From a candidate division FCPU426 bacterium (lineage in GTDB: Bacteria > Oederibacteriota > JAAXVQ01 > JAUVAV01): a DNA stretch of 64,000 nucleotides. Made by a program: the position numbers and the translations under genes. Within the stretch, counting starts at the first letter, position 1. The number at the start of each line of letters is the position of its first letter. Location of the stretch: positions 32,001 through 96,000 of the forward strand of contig JBFLYH010000001.1 of NCBI GenBank assembly GCA_040756875.1. Reading direction: 5' to 3'. This document shows, in pieces, positions 15,203 to 24,693 of the stretch. The notes below the pieces were generated by a model. That model saw only the letters and a program-made list of their open reading frames with translations. It was not told the DNA's origin and did no database searches.

Positions 15203-15277
15203 GGTTCGAAATTCGTTCGCTCGCCCCCGCCCGTAAATAATAAAACCACCCACTGAAGGTGGCTTTGTTTTTACTGG
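15203..15277 (+). repeat. Degenerate third copy of the tRNA-Asp 3' end plus terminator (possible attR)
   Basis: TCGCCCCCGCCCGTAAATAA (15221-15240) matches TCGACCCCGCCAGTAAATAA (9479-9498) at 18/20. It is preceded by GGTTCGA and followed by a CCACC...GGTGG hairpin and T-tract. Confidence 0.65.
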
Positions 15278-15523
15278 AGCATTTGAGATTAAAAAGTAGA
15301 AATTAGGCAATAAAATCTCAAGTGCGGTCTACTCTCGACTTTCTACTCTCCGAACTTTTATTTTAACGACAAGGATGCGCGATCCGCGATCGCCTTTCGA
15401 TATTCCTTTTTAATGCATTTACTTCATCATTCAAATCCAACATAATATCCCCGTGGTGGAAGTTGCCCCTGGATATCGAAAAGTAATTGATTAAACATCA
15501 GTTAAAAAGGAGACCTCGGAGCC

Positions 15524-16477
15524 ATGAAACAAGTCAATCTCGGATCGCAAGGCCTGCGGGTGCCGGCCATCGGCTTGGGTTGCATGGGAATGCCGGATTT
15601 TTACGGCTCTTCTTCGGAGGCGCAAAACATCCGCGTGCTCGAACGGGCGGCGGAAATGGGGTGCACGTTCTGGGATACCTCGGATATGTACGGCCCGTTT
15701 ACGAACGAAATACTATTGTCAAAAGCGCTCAAGGGGCGCCGCGGGCAAATCACCTTGGCAACCAAATTTGGCGTTTCCCGCGGCGAAGACGGCAGCTGGC
15801 AGGGTATCAAAGGAAATGCGGGTTATGTTAAGTCGTGTTGCGATGCCTCGCTGAAGCGGCTCGGGACAGATTACATCGATCTCTACTACCAGCATCGCGT
15901 GGACCCCGAAACACCGATCGAAGAAACGGTCGGCGCCATGGCAGAACTCGTGAAGGCGGGGAAAGTGCGCTACATCGGCCTGTCTGAGGCGGATCCGGAG
16001 ACCATTACCCGCGCCCACCAGGTTCATCCTATCACGGCGCTCCAGACCGAGTATTCCTTGTGGTCGCGGGACGTTGAAGCTGACATTCTGCCGACCATAA
16101 AACGGCTGGACATCGGATTTGTGGCTTACAGTCCCCTGGGCCGGGGATTTTTATCCGGGGCCATCCGTTCCCGAAGCGATCTGAAGCCCGGAGACTGGCG
16201 GTTGGAGAATCCGCGATTTACCGAGGAAGCCATCGCCAAGAACAGCCGGTTGGCCGATCTCGTTGCAGAAGTCGCGAATGAAATGAAAGCCACAGCAGCT
16301 CAAGTCGCATTGGCGTGGGTTCTGTCGCGCAATGTCCCCCTCGCCGCCATACCAGGGACGCGGAAAATTGAACGCCTGGAAGAAAACTGGGCGTCACAAG
16401 ATGTCACTCTGCAAAAGGAACACCTGGACCGTCTTGACTCCCTCATTAAGCAGGGTGTGGTGGGCGACCGGTATTGA
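15524..16477 (+). CDS. Aldo/keto reductase (AKR13-like)
   Basis: IGLGCMGM, DTSDMYG, LATKFG, SLKRLGTDYIDLYYQHRVD, IGLSE, VAYSPLGRG, IPGT; AGGAG RBS. Confidence 0.95.
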   Translation: MKQVNLGSQGLRVPAIGLGCMGMPDFYGSSSEAQNIRVLERAAEMGCTFWDTSDMYGPFTNEILLSKALKGRRGQITLATKFGVSRGEDGSWQGIKGNAGYVKSCCDASLKRLGTDYIDLYYQHRVDPETPIEETVGAMAELVKAGKVRYIGLSEADPETITRAHQVHPITALQTEYSLWSRDVEADILPTIKRLDIGFVAYSPLGRGFLSGAIRSRSDLKPGDWRLENPRFTEEAIAKNSRLADLVAEVANEMKATAAQVALAWVLSRNVPLAAIPGTRKIERLEENWASQDVTLQKEHLDRLDSLIKQGVVGDRY

Positions 16478-16711
16478 TCCTGACCTCACCCCGTCAACCG
16501 AAGTGGCCGGCAGGTCCGCGAGGACAGAGACGGGGAAGCAGGGAACGTTGATAAGTATATGAACGAAAAAGCACGTGCAATAAAAATATCTATTTATCAA
16601 TGGTCTCTTGTATTCGACGATACTATATATTTATATTGAAGAAAGTGTCTATTTACATCGTAAACAAGTAGAATACTGTTAAGCGCAATCTATGCCGGAG
16701 GAGACATTACC

Positions 16712-18679
16712 ATGCAAAGAAGCTTGTTCAGGGTTGTCTTTAAGTTTGTCCTTTGCGCGAGCTTATTGTATATCCCATCCGTGGGTTTGGCCGAAGAACC
16801 GGCAGCAACAGGTGAATTGGCTGCCCCGATAACTGAACTGATGCTTTTCGAAATGCCGTCCGTTGTCACGGCTTCCAAAAAAGCGGAGTCCATTGACAAG
16901 GCGCCGGGAGTCATTACGGTCATCACCGCCGAAGAAATAAAGAAATTCGGCGGCCTCACCTTGTACGACGTGCTGCAAAGGGCGCCCAGCATCCAACCTG
17001 TTGGCTCCCATTTGTTCCGGAACAACGCCATGATTGTCCGCGGGGACCTGGTGTCGCATTATGACAACCATATCCTGGTTCTCATCAACGGCAGGCCTTT
17101 CAGAGACGATATCGCCGGCGGGCAAAATGCGACGCTCTACGAGATCTTTCCCGTCGAGGTCATCGAACGCATTGAGATCATCCGCGGGCCCGGGTCGGTT
17201 CTTTACGGGACCAACGCCATGGACGGGGTCATCAATATTATCACCCGGCAGCCTGCGAAGGAACTCGAGGCGGACCTCACAGCCGGGGCCGGTTCTTACG
17301 GGGCCATGATCGGCAGGGGAACCATCGGATATAAAACCCAAGACTTCAACCTGCTTGCCACTGCCAACTATTTTAAAAATGACGGCTGGGATTTTCAGGC
17401 GAGCACGGTTTTGCCGAGAACCACCAACACCGAAGGGTCTATGAAATATTACAACCGCGATGCCAGCGGTTCATTGTTTCTTGGATATAAGAACTTCACC
17501 TTCAATGTCTATCATGCCGTTCTGAAGGACGGGAACTTGGGGATTAATCCCGCTTTTCAATATTCCGGCGGAGAAGGCCAAAGCTGGCTGGATTTAAGCC
17601 GCCTTTTTGCCGATGCCGGATACTCTCAACAAATCTTTGGCGAGTATACGGTCAACGCCAACGTCACTTTGAACCACGTCAGATTTGCAGCCCACACCAA
17701 GCAGGTACCGGCGGGCGAAGCAACCTCCGATCTTCTAGGGGAAATATCGGTTGGCGGCCCCATTATTGACAAAATCAACATGGTTGTCGGCGGGTTGTTA
17801 TCGAATAGCCAGAGGGCCTTTTCAGAAAATCCGCACTTCGCTGAATTCAATAAAAACAATCTATCCGGTTATGCGCAAGTCGATTACACTCCCTGGGACG
17901 AGTTCAAACTGATTGCCGGGGCCCAATATAACAAGCCCTCGAATGTCGACGGAGTCACGGTTCCCCGGCTGGGAGCCATCTATCAATGGACTGACAAACT
18001 GGGAACCAAGGTTTCCTACGCGGAAGCGTTCAGGGCGCCCTGGGCCATGGAAACCGCGATATCGTTCCCGGGGGTCATCATTGGAAATCCCGACTTGAAA
18101 CCCGAGATCTGCAAAACAGCCGATATTCATGTTTTTTATAATGAAAAAACGGTTCAATCGGCGGTGACCTTTTTCAGGACTCGATACGAGAACCTGATTG
18201 CGCGCATCATGAGTCCTTCGATACCCAGCACCAGCACGTATGACAATGTAAGCTCCATGGATATTTCAGGCGTTGAGTTTGAAACCAAGATCCCTTTGAC
18301 GCCGGATATTTTGATTGAAGGTTCTGCGTGTTATCAGGAGGAACAAAGCGACCTGCTTCTTACGCCTAATACTATGGTGAAAGTTGGGGTGAGTTATAGC
18401 ACCCCTTTTGGATTAAGCCTGGCTGTTTTTGATAATCATTTTGGGGACCCCAAGAAAAATGCCGGTCAAGCTCTTAATCCCGAGGCCAAGGCCATCGATT
18501 TAATCAGCCTCAATATAACCTACAACCCTCCTATGCTGAAGTCAGCGAAGCTGAATCTTTTCATTCAAAATGTATTGAATCAGGCTTACTTTTTTCCGGA
18601 ATTTGATAAAAATTGGGTCAACACGCTGCCTCTGGAGCCGGGCAGGGCCATTTTTGGCACAATCTCGTATGAGTTTTAA
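16712..18679 (+). CDS. TonB-dependent outer-membrane receptor
   Basis: Signal peptide; plug motifs VVTASKK, LVLINGRP, IERIEIIRGPGSVLYGTNA..GVINIIT; GNPDLKPE; C-terminal Phe. Confidence 0.92.
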   Translation: MQRSLFRVVFKFVLCASLLYIPSVGLAEEPAATGELAAPITELMLFEMPSVVTASKKAESIDKAPGVITVITAEEIKKFGGLTLYDVLQRAPSIQPVGSHLFRNNAMIVRGDLVSHYDNHILVLINGRPFRDDIAGGQNATLYEIFPVEVIERIEIIRGPGSVLYGTNAMDGVINIITRQPAKELEADLTAGAGSYGAMIGRGTIGYKTQDFNLLATANYFKNDGWDFQASTVLPRTTNTEGSMKYYNRDASGSLFLGYKNFTFNVYHAVLKDGNLGINPAFQYSGGEGQSWLDLSRLFADAGYSQQIFGEYTVNANVTLNHVRFAAHTKQVPAGEATSDLLGEISVGGPIIDKINMVVGGLLSNSQRAFSENPHFAEFNKNNLSGYAQVDYTPWDEFKLIAGAQYNKPSNVDGVTVPRLGAIYQWTDKLGTKVSYAEAFRAPWAMETAISFPGVIIGNPDLKPEICKTADIHVFYNEKTVQSAVTFFRTRYENLIARIMSPSIPSTSTYDNVSSMDISGVEFETKIPLTPDILIEGSACYQEEQSDLLLTPNTMVKVGVSYSTPFGLSLAVFDNHFGDPKKNAGQALNPEAKAIDLISLNITYNPPMLKSAKLNLFIQNVLNQAYFFPEFDKNWVNTLPLEPGRAIFGTISYEF

Positions 18680-18827
18680 TATGCAAATGCAACCAGGGAA
18701 GTCATGATAAACAAATAGTGACGAAAACCTTCGGGAGGAACAGGGGGCGATGATAAAGCTATTAGCAGAAGCACTGGGGTGTTAGTCCTTTGTAGTTGTT
18801 TTTTAAGGTTTCCTATTACATTCCGTC

Positions 18828-19448
18828 TCAATCCAAGTTTCGAACTTTATCTAAAATGGGCCGCTTGCGAGGGCCAGTACTCGAACGCGAAGGGTAACCC
18901 ATGGGGATGACGGCCATGAACTCACCCCGGGGTTCTTCGAGCCACGCCAAGACATCCTCTTTGATCAGATAGAGTATCCCAAGCCAAACCGAGGCCAACC
19001 CCAAAGAAGTCGCGGCGATGAGCAGATTCTCGACCGCGGCGGCCGAGCTTTGAATCTCCATAATGCGGAAAAAATCGCGCGCACATTCCAGGTCGGCCGG
19101 AAAAAAACGGGCGCCCTGATCGACCAGTTCGCCGGTGTTTATCACTGCAATTGAAATGGGAGCGCAGGCGATCGTCCGCGAGGCCATGCGCAGCAACGCT
19201 GAAACTTCACGCGGAAAACCGGATGACTTGCGGTTGATCAGTTCCGCCAATTCTGCTTTTTTGCGGCCGCGAATAATGATAAATCGCCAGGACTGCTGGT
19301 TGTGGGCTGAAGGCGCATTGTTTGCAGCTTCTAGCAGCGCCATCAGTTCTGCTTCCGGCACCGCTTGCCCGGTAAACCGGCGGATGCTATGCCTGGCTTT
19401 AATGGTTTCTAAAACGTATTTGGACGAAATGGGGTCGTGTGCCAACAT
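18828..19448 (-). CDS. Nitroreductase-family flavoprotein
   Basis: RHSIRRF, APSAHNQQSWRFIII, AVENLLIAATSLGLASVW, IPMGYP. Confidence 0.92.
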   Translation of the reverse strand: MLAHDPISSKYVLETIKARHSIRRFTGQAVPEAELMALLEAANNAPSAHNQQSWRFIIIRGRKKAELAELINRKSSGFPREVSALLRMASRTIACAPISIAVINTGELVDQGARFFPADLECARDFFRIMEIQSSAAAVENLLIAATSLGLASVWLGILYLIKEDVLAWLEEPRGEFMAVIPMGYPSRSSTGPRKRPILDKVRNLD

Positions 19449-19474
19449 GGTTGTAAGCCTCCATGGACTGGACT

Positions 19475-20920
19475 TTATCGAAAAATGGACGAAGTAAGCA
19501 GTCCGTATCGGATGTAATTTATTAAGGTGCGGGGGCTTCCCAACGCGGAAAGCATTTTGCGAACAACATAGCCGGGCCGGGTATAAAATGACCGCAGAGT
19601 ATCACGCCGGAAGTCCCGGAGCACCTGACTGGAAAGGAACCGTGTGCCGCGGGTCGGGGTGCTGAAATAATCCTTTCCCAACGCGGTAAGGTCAAGCAGT
19701 CCCTCCGTTTTGACCATCTGATAGAGTGGCGTCCCATAAAAAGGCATGGCAATGTGCAACTCGATAAAGTCAGGAGCCAGTTGAAACAGGTGAGTCCGCG
19801 TGGCGTCAAGATGACCCTGGTTTTCCCAAGGCAGCCCGATCATGAAGAAACCGAAAGTTTGCAACCCCGCTTGTCTGCTCAGACGGGCGGCCCGGTGATT
19901 GTCTTCGAGGGTGGTGGACTTTTTGATTTTGTCCAATGTCTCTTGGCTCCCGGATTCGAAGCCGAAAGCCACCAGCCAACACCCGGCCGCCTTCATCTGC
20001 TGCAAAACCGGCAAAGACAAGGGTTTGACCCGGGAATTAGCCACCCAATGGATGTTGCCCCCCAGGGGCGAGGATGAAATCCTGCCGCATAATTCCTGGA
20101 CCCACGCCGGATCAAAAGTAAAGGTGTCAGCTTTGAAAAAGAAATTGCGCAGCCCGTATTTTTGATGGCACTCCATGAGTTCGGCGAGGACATTTTGCGG
20201 TGACCGGTAGCGGAGCCGCTTACCGGAGATAAGGGGCGTCAGGCAATATATGCACGAAGCGGGACACCCTCGCGCGATGGTAATGGTAGCGAGGGGTTCC
20301 TCGGTATCCGGACGAGTATATAAGCGGTTATTCATACGGGCCCGGTCGGGAAAAGGACAGGAATCCAGGTCCGTTTCCCATGAGGAAAAAGAGGTCCGGT
20401 GCCATTTCCCCTTTTTCCGATACAAGATGCCAGCGATCGATGCCAGAGGCGGTTGCTGCCGGAAATGTGCATTAACGAGCCGGTCCACGATAAAATCGCT
20501 TTCGCCCCCTATCAAGTAATCGGCAGAGGAAAGATCCAGTTGCGAAAGGAATTGGTCTTCCGGATCGAAAAAGATCGCTCCTTTGAGCATCACCATCAGG
20601 TGGGATGATTCCGCCTTCAGTTGGGCCACCAGTTGAAGATCCTGAAAAACCGTGGCATTTGTCGTGCTGATAAAAAGCGCGTCGGGTCGATAAGCCCTGA
20701 AATCCGTTAAAAGATCATGCCATACTTTTCTTTCAGTTTGATAATCACGCAGGAAAACCTGGTAGCCGGCGTTCACCAGTCGGGAAGAGGCATAGCCTAG
20801 ATCATTGCATGCGCGTACGGTCGTGGCTGATGATTTCCCGACATTCGCCTGACAGCGATCCTCGCCACGTTGGTAGAGGTTGCCCGGCGGATAAATCAGC
20901 ATGATTTTTATCATGGCCAT
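19475..20920 (-). CDS. B12-binding-domain radical SAM enzyme
   Basis: RGCPASCIYC (CxxxCxxC), N-terminal cobalamin-binding-like domain, GFESGSQ, FMIGLPWE, PFYGTPLY. Start codon uncertain (20914-20932). Confidence 0.88.
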   Translation of the reverse strand: MAMIKIMLIYPPGNLYQRGEDRCQANVGKSSATTVRACNDLGYASSRLVNAGYQVFLRDYQTERKVWHDLLTDFRAYRPDALFISTTNATVFQDLQLVAQLKAESSHLMVMLKGAIFFDPEDQFLSQLDLSSADYLIGGESDFIVDRLVNAHFRQQPPLASIAGILYRKKGKWHRTSFSSWETDLDSCPFPDRARMNNRLYTRPDTEEPLATITIARGCPASCIYCLTPLISGKRLRYRSPQNVLAELMECHQKYGLRNFFFKADTFTFDPAWVQELCGRISSSPLGGNIHWVANSRVKPLSLPVLQQMKAAGCWLVAFGFESGSQETLDKIKKSTTLEDNHRAARLSRQAGLQTFGFFMIGLPWENQGHLDATRTHLFQLAPDFIELHIAMPFYGTPLYQMVKTEGLLDLTALGKDYFSTPTRGTRFLSSQVLRDFRRDTLRSFYTRPGYVVRKMLSALGSPRTLINYIRYGLLTSSIFR

Positions 20921-20977
20921 GTTAGCGAACAAGGTCCATTCCGGCCCGCGGCTTCGAAAAAACCGTGGGCACTAGTG

Positions 20978-21002
20978 TTCAATAAGTTCAGAAAAAACTG
21001 AA
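20978..21002. promoter_or_regulatory. Putative GbsR-family operator upstream of the radical SAM gene
   Basis: Palindrome TTCAG-AAAAAA-CTGAA (20987-21002) with an overlapping degenerate copy at 20978-20993. Confidence 0.6.
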
Positions 21003-21048
21003 ACAAACATTCACCAATAATCGAATAGTGGGCTTCATGATTTCTTTC

Positions 21049-21552
21049 TTATTTCGGGGTGAAGTTCTTAAGAAAATCCAGCATTTTACGGCTTTTGACG
21101 GTGTCGCTCAAGAGGCGGTTCATGATGCTGTTGGCCGTGGAAAGGATTTCTTCCATCTGTTCCAGGCGGGCCTGGATTTTTTTATCCTTTTCCAAATCCG
21201 CTTCTGCCAATAGATAACGGAGGGAATGCAACGCCGGGTCAAACTCTCTCTTTTTCCTTTCCACCACGATACGGAAAAACATGTTCCAAACATCCGGTTC
21301 AATCACATAAAAATCGCGGCGGTCTCCTGGTTGGTTGATGCGACGAATCAGTCCCCAGTTGCGCAGTTCCTTGAGACACATGCTGGCATTGCCGCGGCTG
21401 ATATGCAACCGGTTCGCCACTTGGTCCAGGTCAATGGGGGAGCTTTGCGCCAGAAGGAAAGCGTGAACCCGGGCCATGGAGCGGTTGATGCCCCATAACA
21501 CTCCCATGGCGCCCCAGGCTTCTATGAATTGGTTTATGTTGTTAATGTCCAT
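21049..21552 (-). CDS. GbsR/MarR-family transcriptional regulator
   Basis: FIEAWGAMGVLWGINRSMARVHAFL...ISRGNASMCLKELRNWGL...GDRRDFY. Confidence 0.9.
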   Translation of the reverse strand: MDINNINQFIEAWGAMGVLWGINRSMARVHAFLLAQSSPIDLDQVANRLHISRGNASMCLKELRNWGLIRRINQPGDRRDFYVIEPDVWNMFFRIVVERKKREFDPALHSLRYLLAEADLEKDKKIQARLEQMEEILSTANSIMNRLLSDTVKSRKMLDFLKNFTPK

Positions 21553-21560
21553 AAGTAATA

Positions 21561-21613
21561 TTTAGAACATTCAGAATTAATTGAATATTAGTACCAATTA
21601 ATCATATTGTCAA
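21561..21613 (-). promoter_or_regulatory. Sigma70 promoter of the GbsR-family gene with adjacent operator
   Basis: Minus strand TTGACA (21613-21608)-17 nt-TAATAT (21590-21585), followed directly by TTCAG-AATTAA-TTGAA (21570-21585). Confidence 0.7.
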
Positions 21614-21730
21614 GCAGCATTTTGTTTATACCTGTGTCAGTTCTGTCGTTAATGATCATAGTGGACAACCTATTGATAAAAATGGCATGATGATGTTTGC
21701 CTTGCAATTCCAATAAAATCGGGAGGGTCC

Positions 21731-23743
21731 ATGCGTAAACAAGCAGCTGGGGGATTGCTTTGTCTCATGCTGATGTTGAGTGCGGGAGCGGCTTTCGGGG
21801 ACGAGGTGATAGCCGAAGGAAACGGCGCCGGGATCACCGAGTTGTACCTGTTTACGGAGATCCCGAAAGTGAGCGTGGCTTCAAAGCGCCTGGAATCAGT
21901 GGAACAGGCCGCAGGCGTGGTCACGGTCATCACCGAAAAGGAAATCGCCCAGTTTGGCGGCAACAACCTGCTCGACCTGATCGAACGGATTGCAGGCGTA
22001 TACACTTTGGGTTCCTACATGTTTCCCAACAACAAAGTCTCCATCCGGGGCGACTTTCTGACCCATACGGATGACTCGGTTTTGATCCTGCTGAACGGCC
22101 GGCCCTTGCGCGAATCCATATCCGGCGGCTGGAACTACCCCGTATACGGGGCGTTTCCCCTGGAGGCCATTTCCAGCATCGAGGTCATCCGCGGACCCGG
22201 TTCGGTGCTATACGGATCCAATGCCTTCGTGGGGGTCATCAATATCATTACGAAAAGCGGTGACGAGGACTTCTCCGGAAAGGTAACTGCGGGCGGCGGT
22301 TCCTTCGGAACCAAGCTCGGATCGCTCAGCGCCGGCGGCAAGACGGGGGATTTGAAGGTCTACGGCGCGTTTAAATACTTCAACCGCGAAGGGTGGACGT
22401 ATAAAGCCGTGGATGAATACGGCCGGTCTGATGAGGCCAACCGGCAGGAAATCTATCAGGGGGCGTTTGTCAATCTGCAATACCAGGATTTCACCCTGAA
22501 CTGTTTCCAGACCAAATCCCGGCAATGGCACATCGGCTCTTCGCCGGACTGGAGGCAATCAGGCACGCTGGACCCCGAACGGTTTTTCGCGGACTTGGGT
22601 TATAAACTAAATTTTGATGAAGCCTGGTATGCCACCGTCAATGTGACGTTCAATTACCTCAACAGCGTGTTCAACCCGGACCCCCAGCCCCTGTCAAAGG
22701 CCAGCGATATTTTAGGCGAGGTCACGCTTTTTGGAACGATCAGCAAGGAACTGGATTTCATCGCCGGGGCAGTGGTGGATGACCGTTTTTGTTCGGAAAA
22801 TGGGGACCTGATCGATATGCCCGGCAGGCCTTGGGATGGCCTGAGGACCAATTACATCGATCCGTTTGATCAGAAAAATTATACCGCCTACCTGGAAGCG
22901 ACTTACCGACCGTTGGATATTTTGAAACTGATTGCCGGTCTCCAGTACAATTATCCCTATAATGGCAATGCGGACGTCGTTCCGCGAGCTGGGGCGGTCA
23001 TCAATTTTATGAATGATTTTGGGGCGAAAATACTCTACGGGCAGGCTTTCCGGTCTCCTTGGCCCATCGAGACCAACATTCATCACTATGTTCTGGGCGG
23101 CAACTCCGAATTGAAATCGGAAAAAATCGACACCTCCAGCGCCCAGTTGTTTTATAAAACCGCCCAGTTGTCTTTCGCGTTGACCGGGTTTTACAGCTAT
23201 TACACGGATTTCATTACTCGCAAAGCGACCGGCCTGACCCAGCCTCAATTCACCTATATCAACAAAGGCAGCATGGTCTCCAAAGGCGCGGAATTGGAAA
23301 GTCAGGCGCAGATTCTTTCCAACCTCACGGTGTCCGGCTCCTATTCCTATCAAACCAACACCAATTCTGACGGCCAAGTGAACGTGACTGAAATTCCCAA
23401 TCACATGATTAAAGTGGGGCTGGCTTACAATCCGCTGGAAGGGATAAATCTGGGGCTGTTCAATTCCTATATTGGACAGGCCAATCCGGTGAAAAATATA
23501 AATCCCGCGGTCAGGGAAGTGAATCCCGATGCCGAGCCCTACAACTGGATGACGGCCAAAGTGGCGTTTGATCTGTCCAAATTATTGGATTTTTGGAAGG
23601 AACATCCGGTGGGCATCGAATTCTACGGCGAGAATTTGCTGGATGAATCGGTTTATTACCCGGAAAACGGCCGGCGCCGGATCAATACCTTGCCCGGCCG
23701 CTCGGGCCGGGCGATCTACGCGGATGTGACCGTGCAATATTGA
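21731..23743 (+). CDS. TonB-dependent outer-membrane receptor (paralogue of 16712..18679)
   Basis: Signal peptide; VSVASKR, LILLNGRP, IEVIRGPGSVLYGSNAF.GVINIIT; C-terminal NTLPGRSGRAIY..V..QY. Confidence 0.92.
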   Translation: MRKQAAGGLLCLMLMLSAGAAFGDEVIAEGNGAGITELYLFTEIPKVSVASKRLESVEQAAGVVTVITEKEIAQFGGNNLLDLIERIAGVYTLGSYMFPNNKVSIRGDFLTHTDDSVLILLNGRPLRESISGGWNYPVYGAFPLEAISSIEVIRGPGSVLYGSNAFVGVINIITKSGDEDFSGKVTAGGGSFGTKLGSLSAGGKTGDLKVYGAFKYFNREGWTYKAVDEYGRSDEANRQEIYQGAFVNLQYQDFTLNCFQTKSRQWHIGSSPDWRQSGTLDPERFFADLGYKLNFDEAWYATVNVTFNYLNSVFNPDPQPLSKASDILGEVTLFGTISKELDFIAGAVVDDRFCSENGDLIDMPGRPWDGLRTNYIDPFDQKNYTAYLEATYRPLDILKLIAGLQYNYPYNGNADVVPRAGAVINFMNDFGAKILYGQAFRSPWPIETNIHHYVLGGNSELKSEKIDTSSAQLFYKTAQLSFALTGFYSYYTDFITRKATGLTQPQFTYINKGSMVSKGAELESQAQILSNLTVSGSYSYQTNTNSDGQVNVTEIPNHMIKVGLAYNPLEGINLGLFNSYIGQANPVKNINPAVREVNPDAEPYNWMTAKVAFDLSKLLDFWKEHPVGIEFYGENLLDESVYYPENGRRRINTLPGRSGRAIYADVTVQY

Positions 23744-23825
23744 CAAGGTATTTAAAAGCCAAATAACCAAGCGTGTCTTTCTGTTCGCTCTTCATTTCCC
23801 GTGGAGGCTTTTGCACGCTCCTGTC

Positions 23826-23885
23826 AATCCCTCCGCAGGACCTTTGGCCAGGGAGAGGATTTGCGGGATTGAATTGCGGAGGGAG
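23826..23885. repeat. Decayed copy of the IS200/IS605-like element at 42709-42810
   Basis: Shares AATCCCTCCGCA, GGAGAGG(A)TTTGCGGGATT and TTGCG..GAGGGAG with 42709-42780; 10-bp inverted repeat TCCCTCCGCA/TGCGGAGGGA. Confidence 0.65.
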
Positions 23886-23972
23886 TCCGCTGGGATAGAA
23901 CGGCCATGGTATACCCCTGCCTGCAAGCTGAAATGACAGGAAAACACTCTGACCCCTATTGTCGCGAGGAAC

Positions 23973-24632
23973 ATGAATCCGTTTCTATTGGTGTCCCAGT
24001 TACTCCCGCTGATCGTTTTTATTGTCGTTGATTCCCTGGTCAAAGACGTCCGTGTATCCATTCTGGCCGCCGTGCTTTTTGCCGCAGGCCAGTTGGTCTA
24101 TACCTACCTGAAGGTCCAGCAATTCGACTGGTTTGTCGTGCTCGATGTCGGCCTGATCGTCGCGCTGGGCGCGGTCTCGATCATTTTCAAGAACGACCTG
24201 TTCTTTAAGATCAAACCTGCGATCATCGAAGGCGTGACGATTATCTTCATGCTGGCCCTGATTCTGGCCAAGGATGGGTTTCTCGCGGGATACTTCGGGC
24301 GCATGCTGCCCGGGGGCATGGCGTTGAGGCCGGAGGCGATCGGCCTGATGAAAACCATGCTGGGCTGGATGTGCGTTTATGTCCTCCTTCACATCGGCGC
24401 CGTGCTCTATACGGCGTTCTATTCAAGCCGCAAGGTCTGGGCGTTGGTTTCAGGGCCTGGTTTTTATTTGATCTTTATTCCCATCATGGCCATCGTAGTG
24501 GCAAGAGCGATCAAAGCGAGGGCAAGAACCGGATCCAAACAAACGCCCAGCCAACCGACTCCCGGTGAAAAACAGGCTGTTGGTGACAAGGACTTGTTGC
24601 TTTCGGCAAACAGAACTGCGGGCAAAAATTAA
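23973..24632 (+). CDS. YciB/IspZ (intracellular septation protein A)-like membrane protein
   Basis: LLPLIVFI, multiple TM helices, and NDLFFKIKPAII resembling the YciB FIKWKPT motif. Confidence 0.7.
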   Translation: MNPFLLVSQLLPLIVFIVVDSLVKDVRVSILAAVLFAAGQLVYTYLKVQQFDWFVVLDVGLIVALGAVSIIFKNDLFFKIKPAIIEGVTIIFMLALILAKDGFLAGYFGRMLPGGMALRPEAIGLMKTMLGWMCVYVLLHIGAVLYTAFYSSRKVWALVSGPGFYLIFIPIMAIVVARAIKARARTGSKQTPSQPTPGEKQAVGDKDLLLSANRTAGKN

Positions 24633-24693
24633 TCCCCCTCTGCACCTGAGCGAGCTTCATTCGGGAGAGCGGGGGGATTTGATGAAGCCGACC

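Noticed and set aside
15279-15350. Stem GCATTTGAGATT/AATCTCAAGTGC and a doubled TCTACTCTC
   Set aside because: Only two short copies with no second locus; no function can be assigned.
16480-16711. Cobalamin riboswitch or Fur box upstream of the TonB receptors (also 21614-21730)
   Set aside because: The regions are AT-rich, but I found no B12-box or convincing Fur consensus.
18730-18785. RBS-like sequence plus an 11-codon ORF after the first TBDR
   Set aside because: Too short to support; it could be a truncated gene start but there is no evidence.
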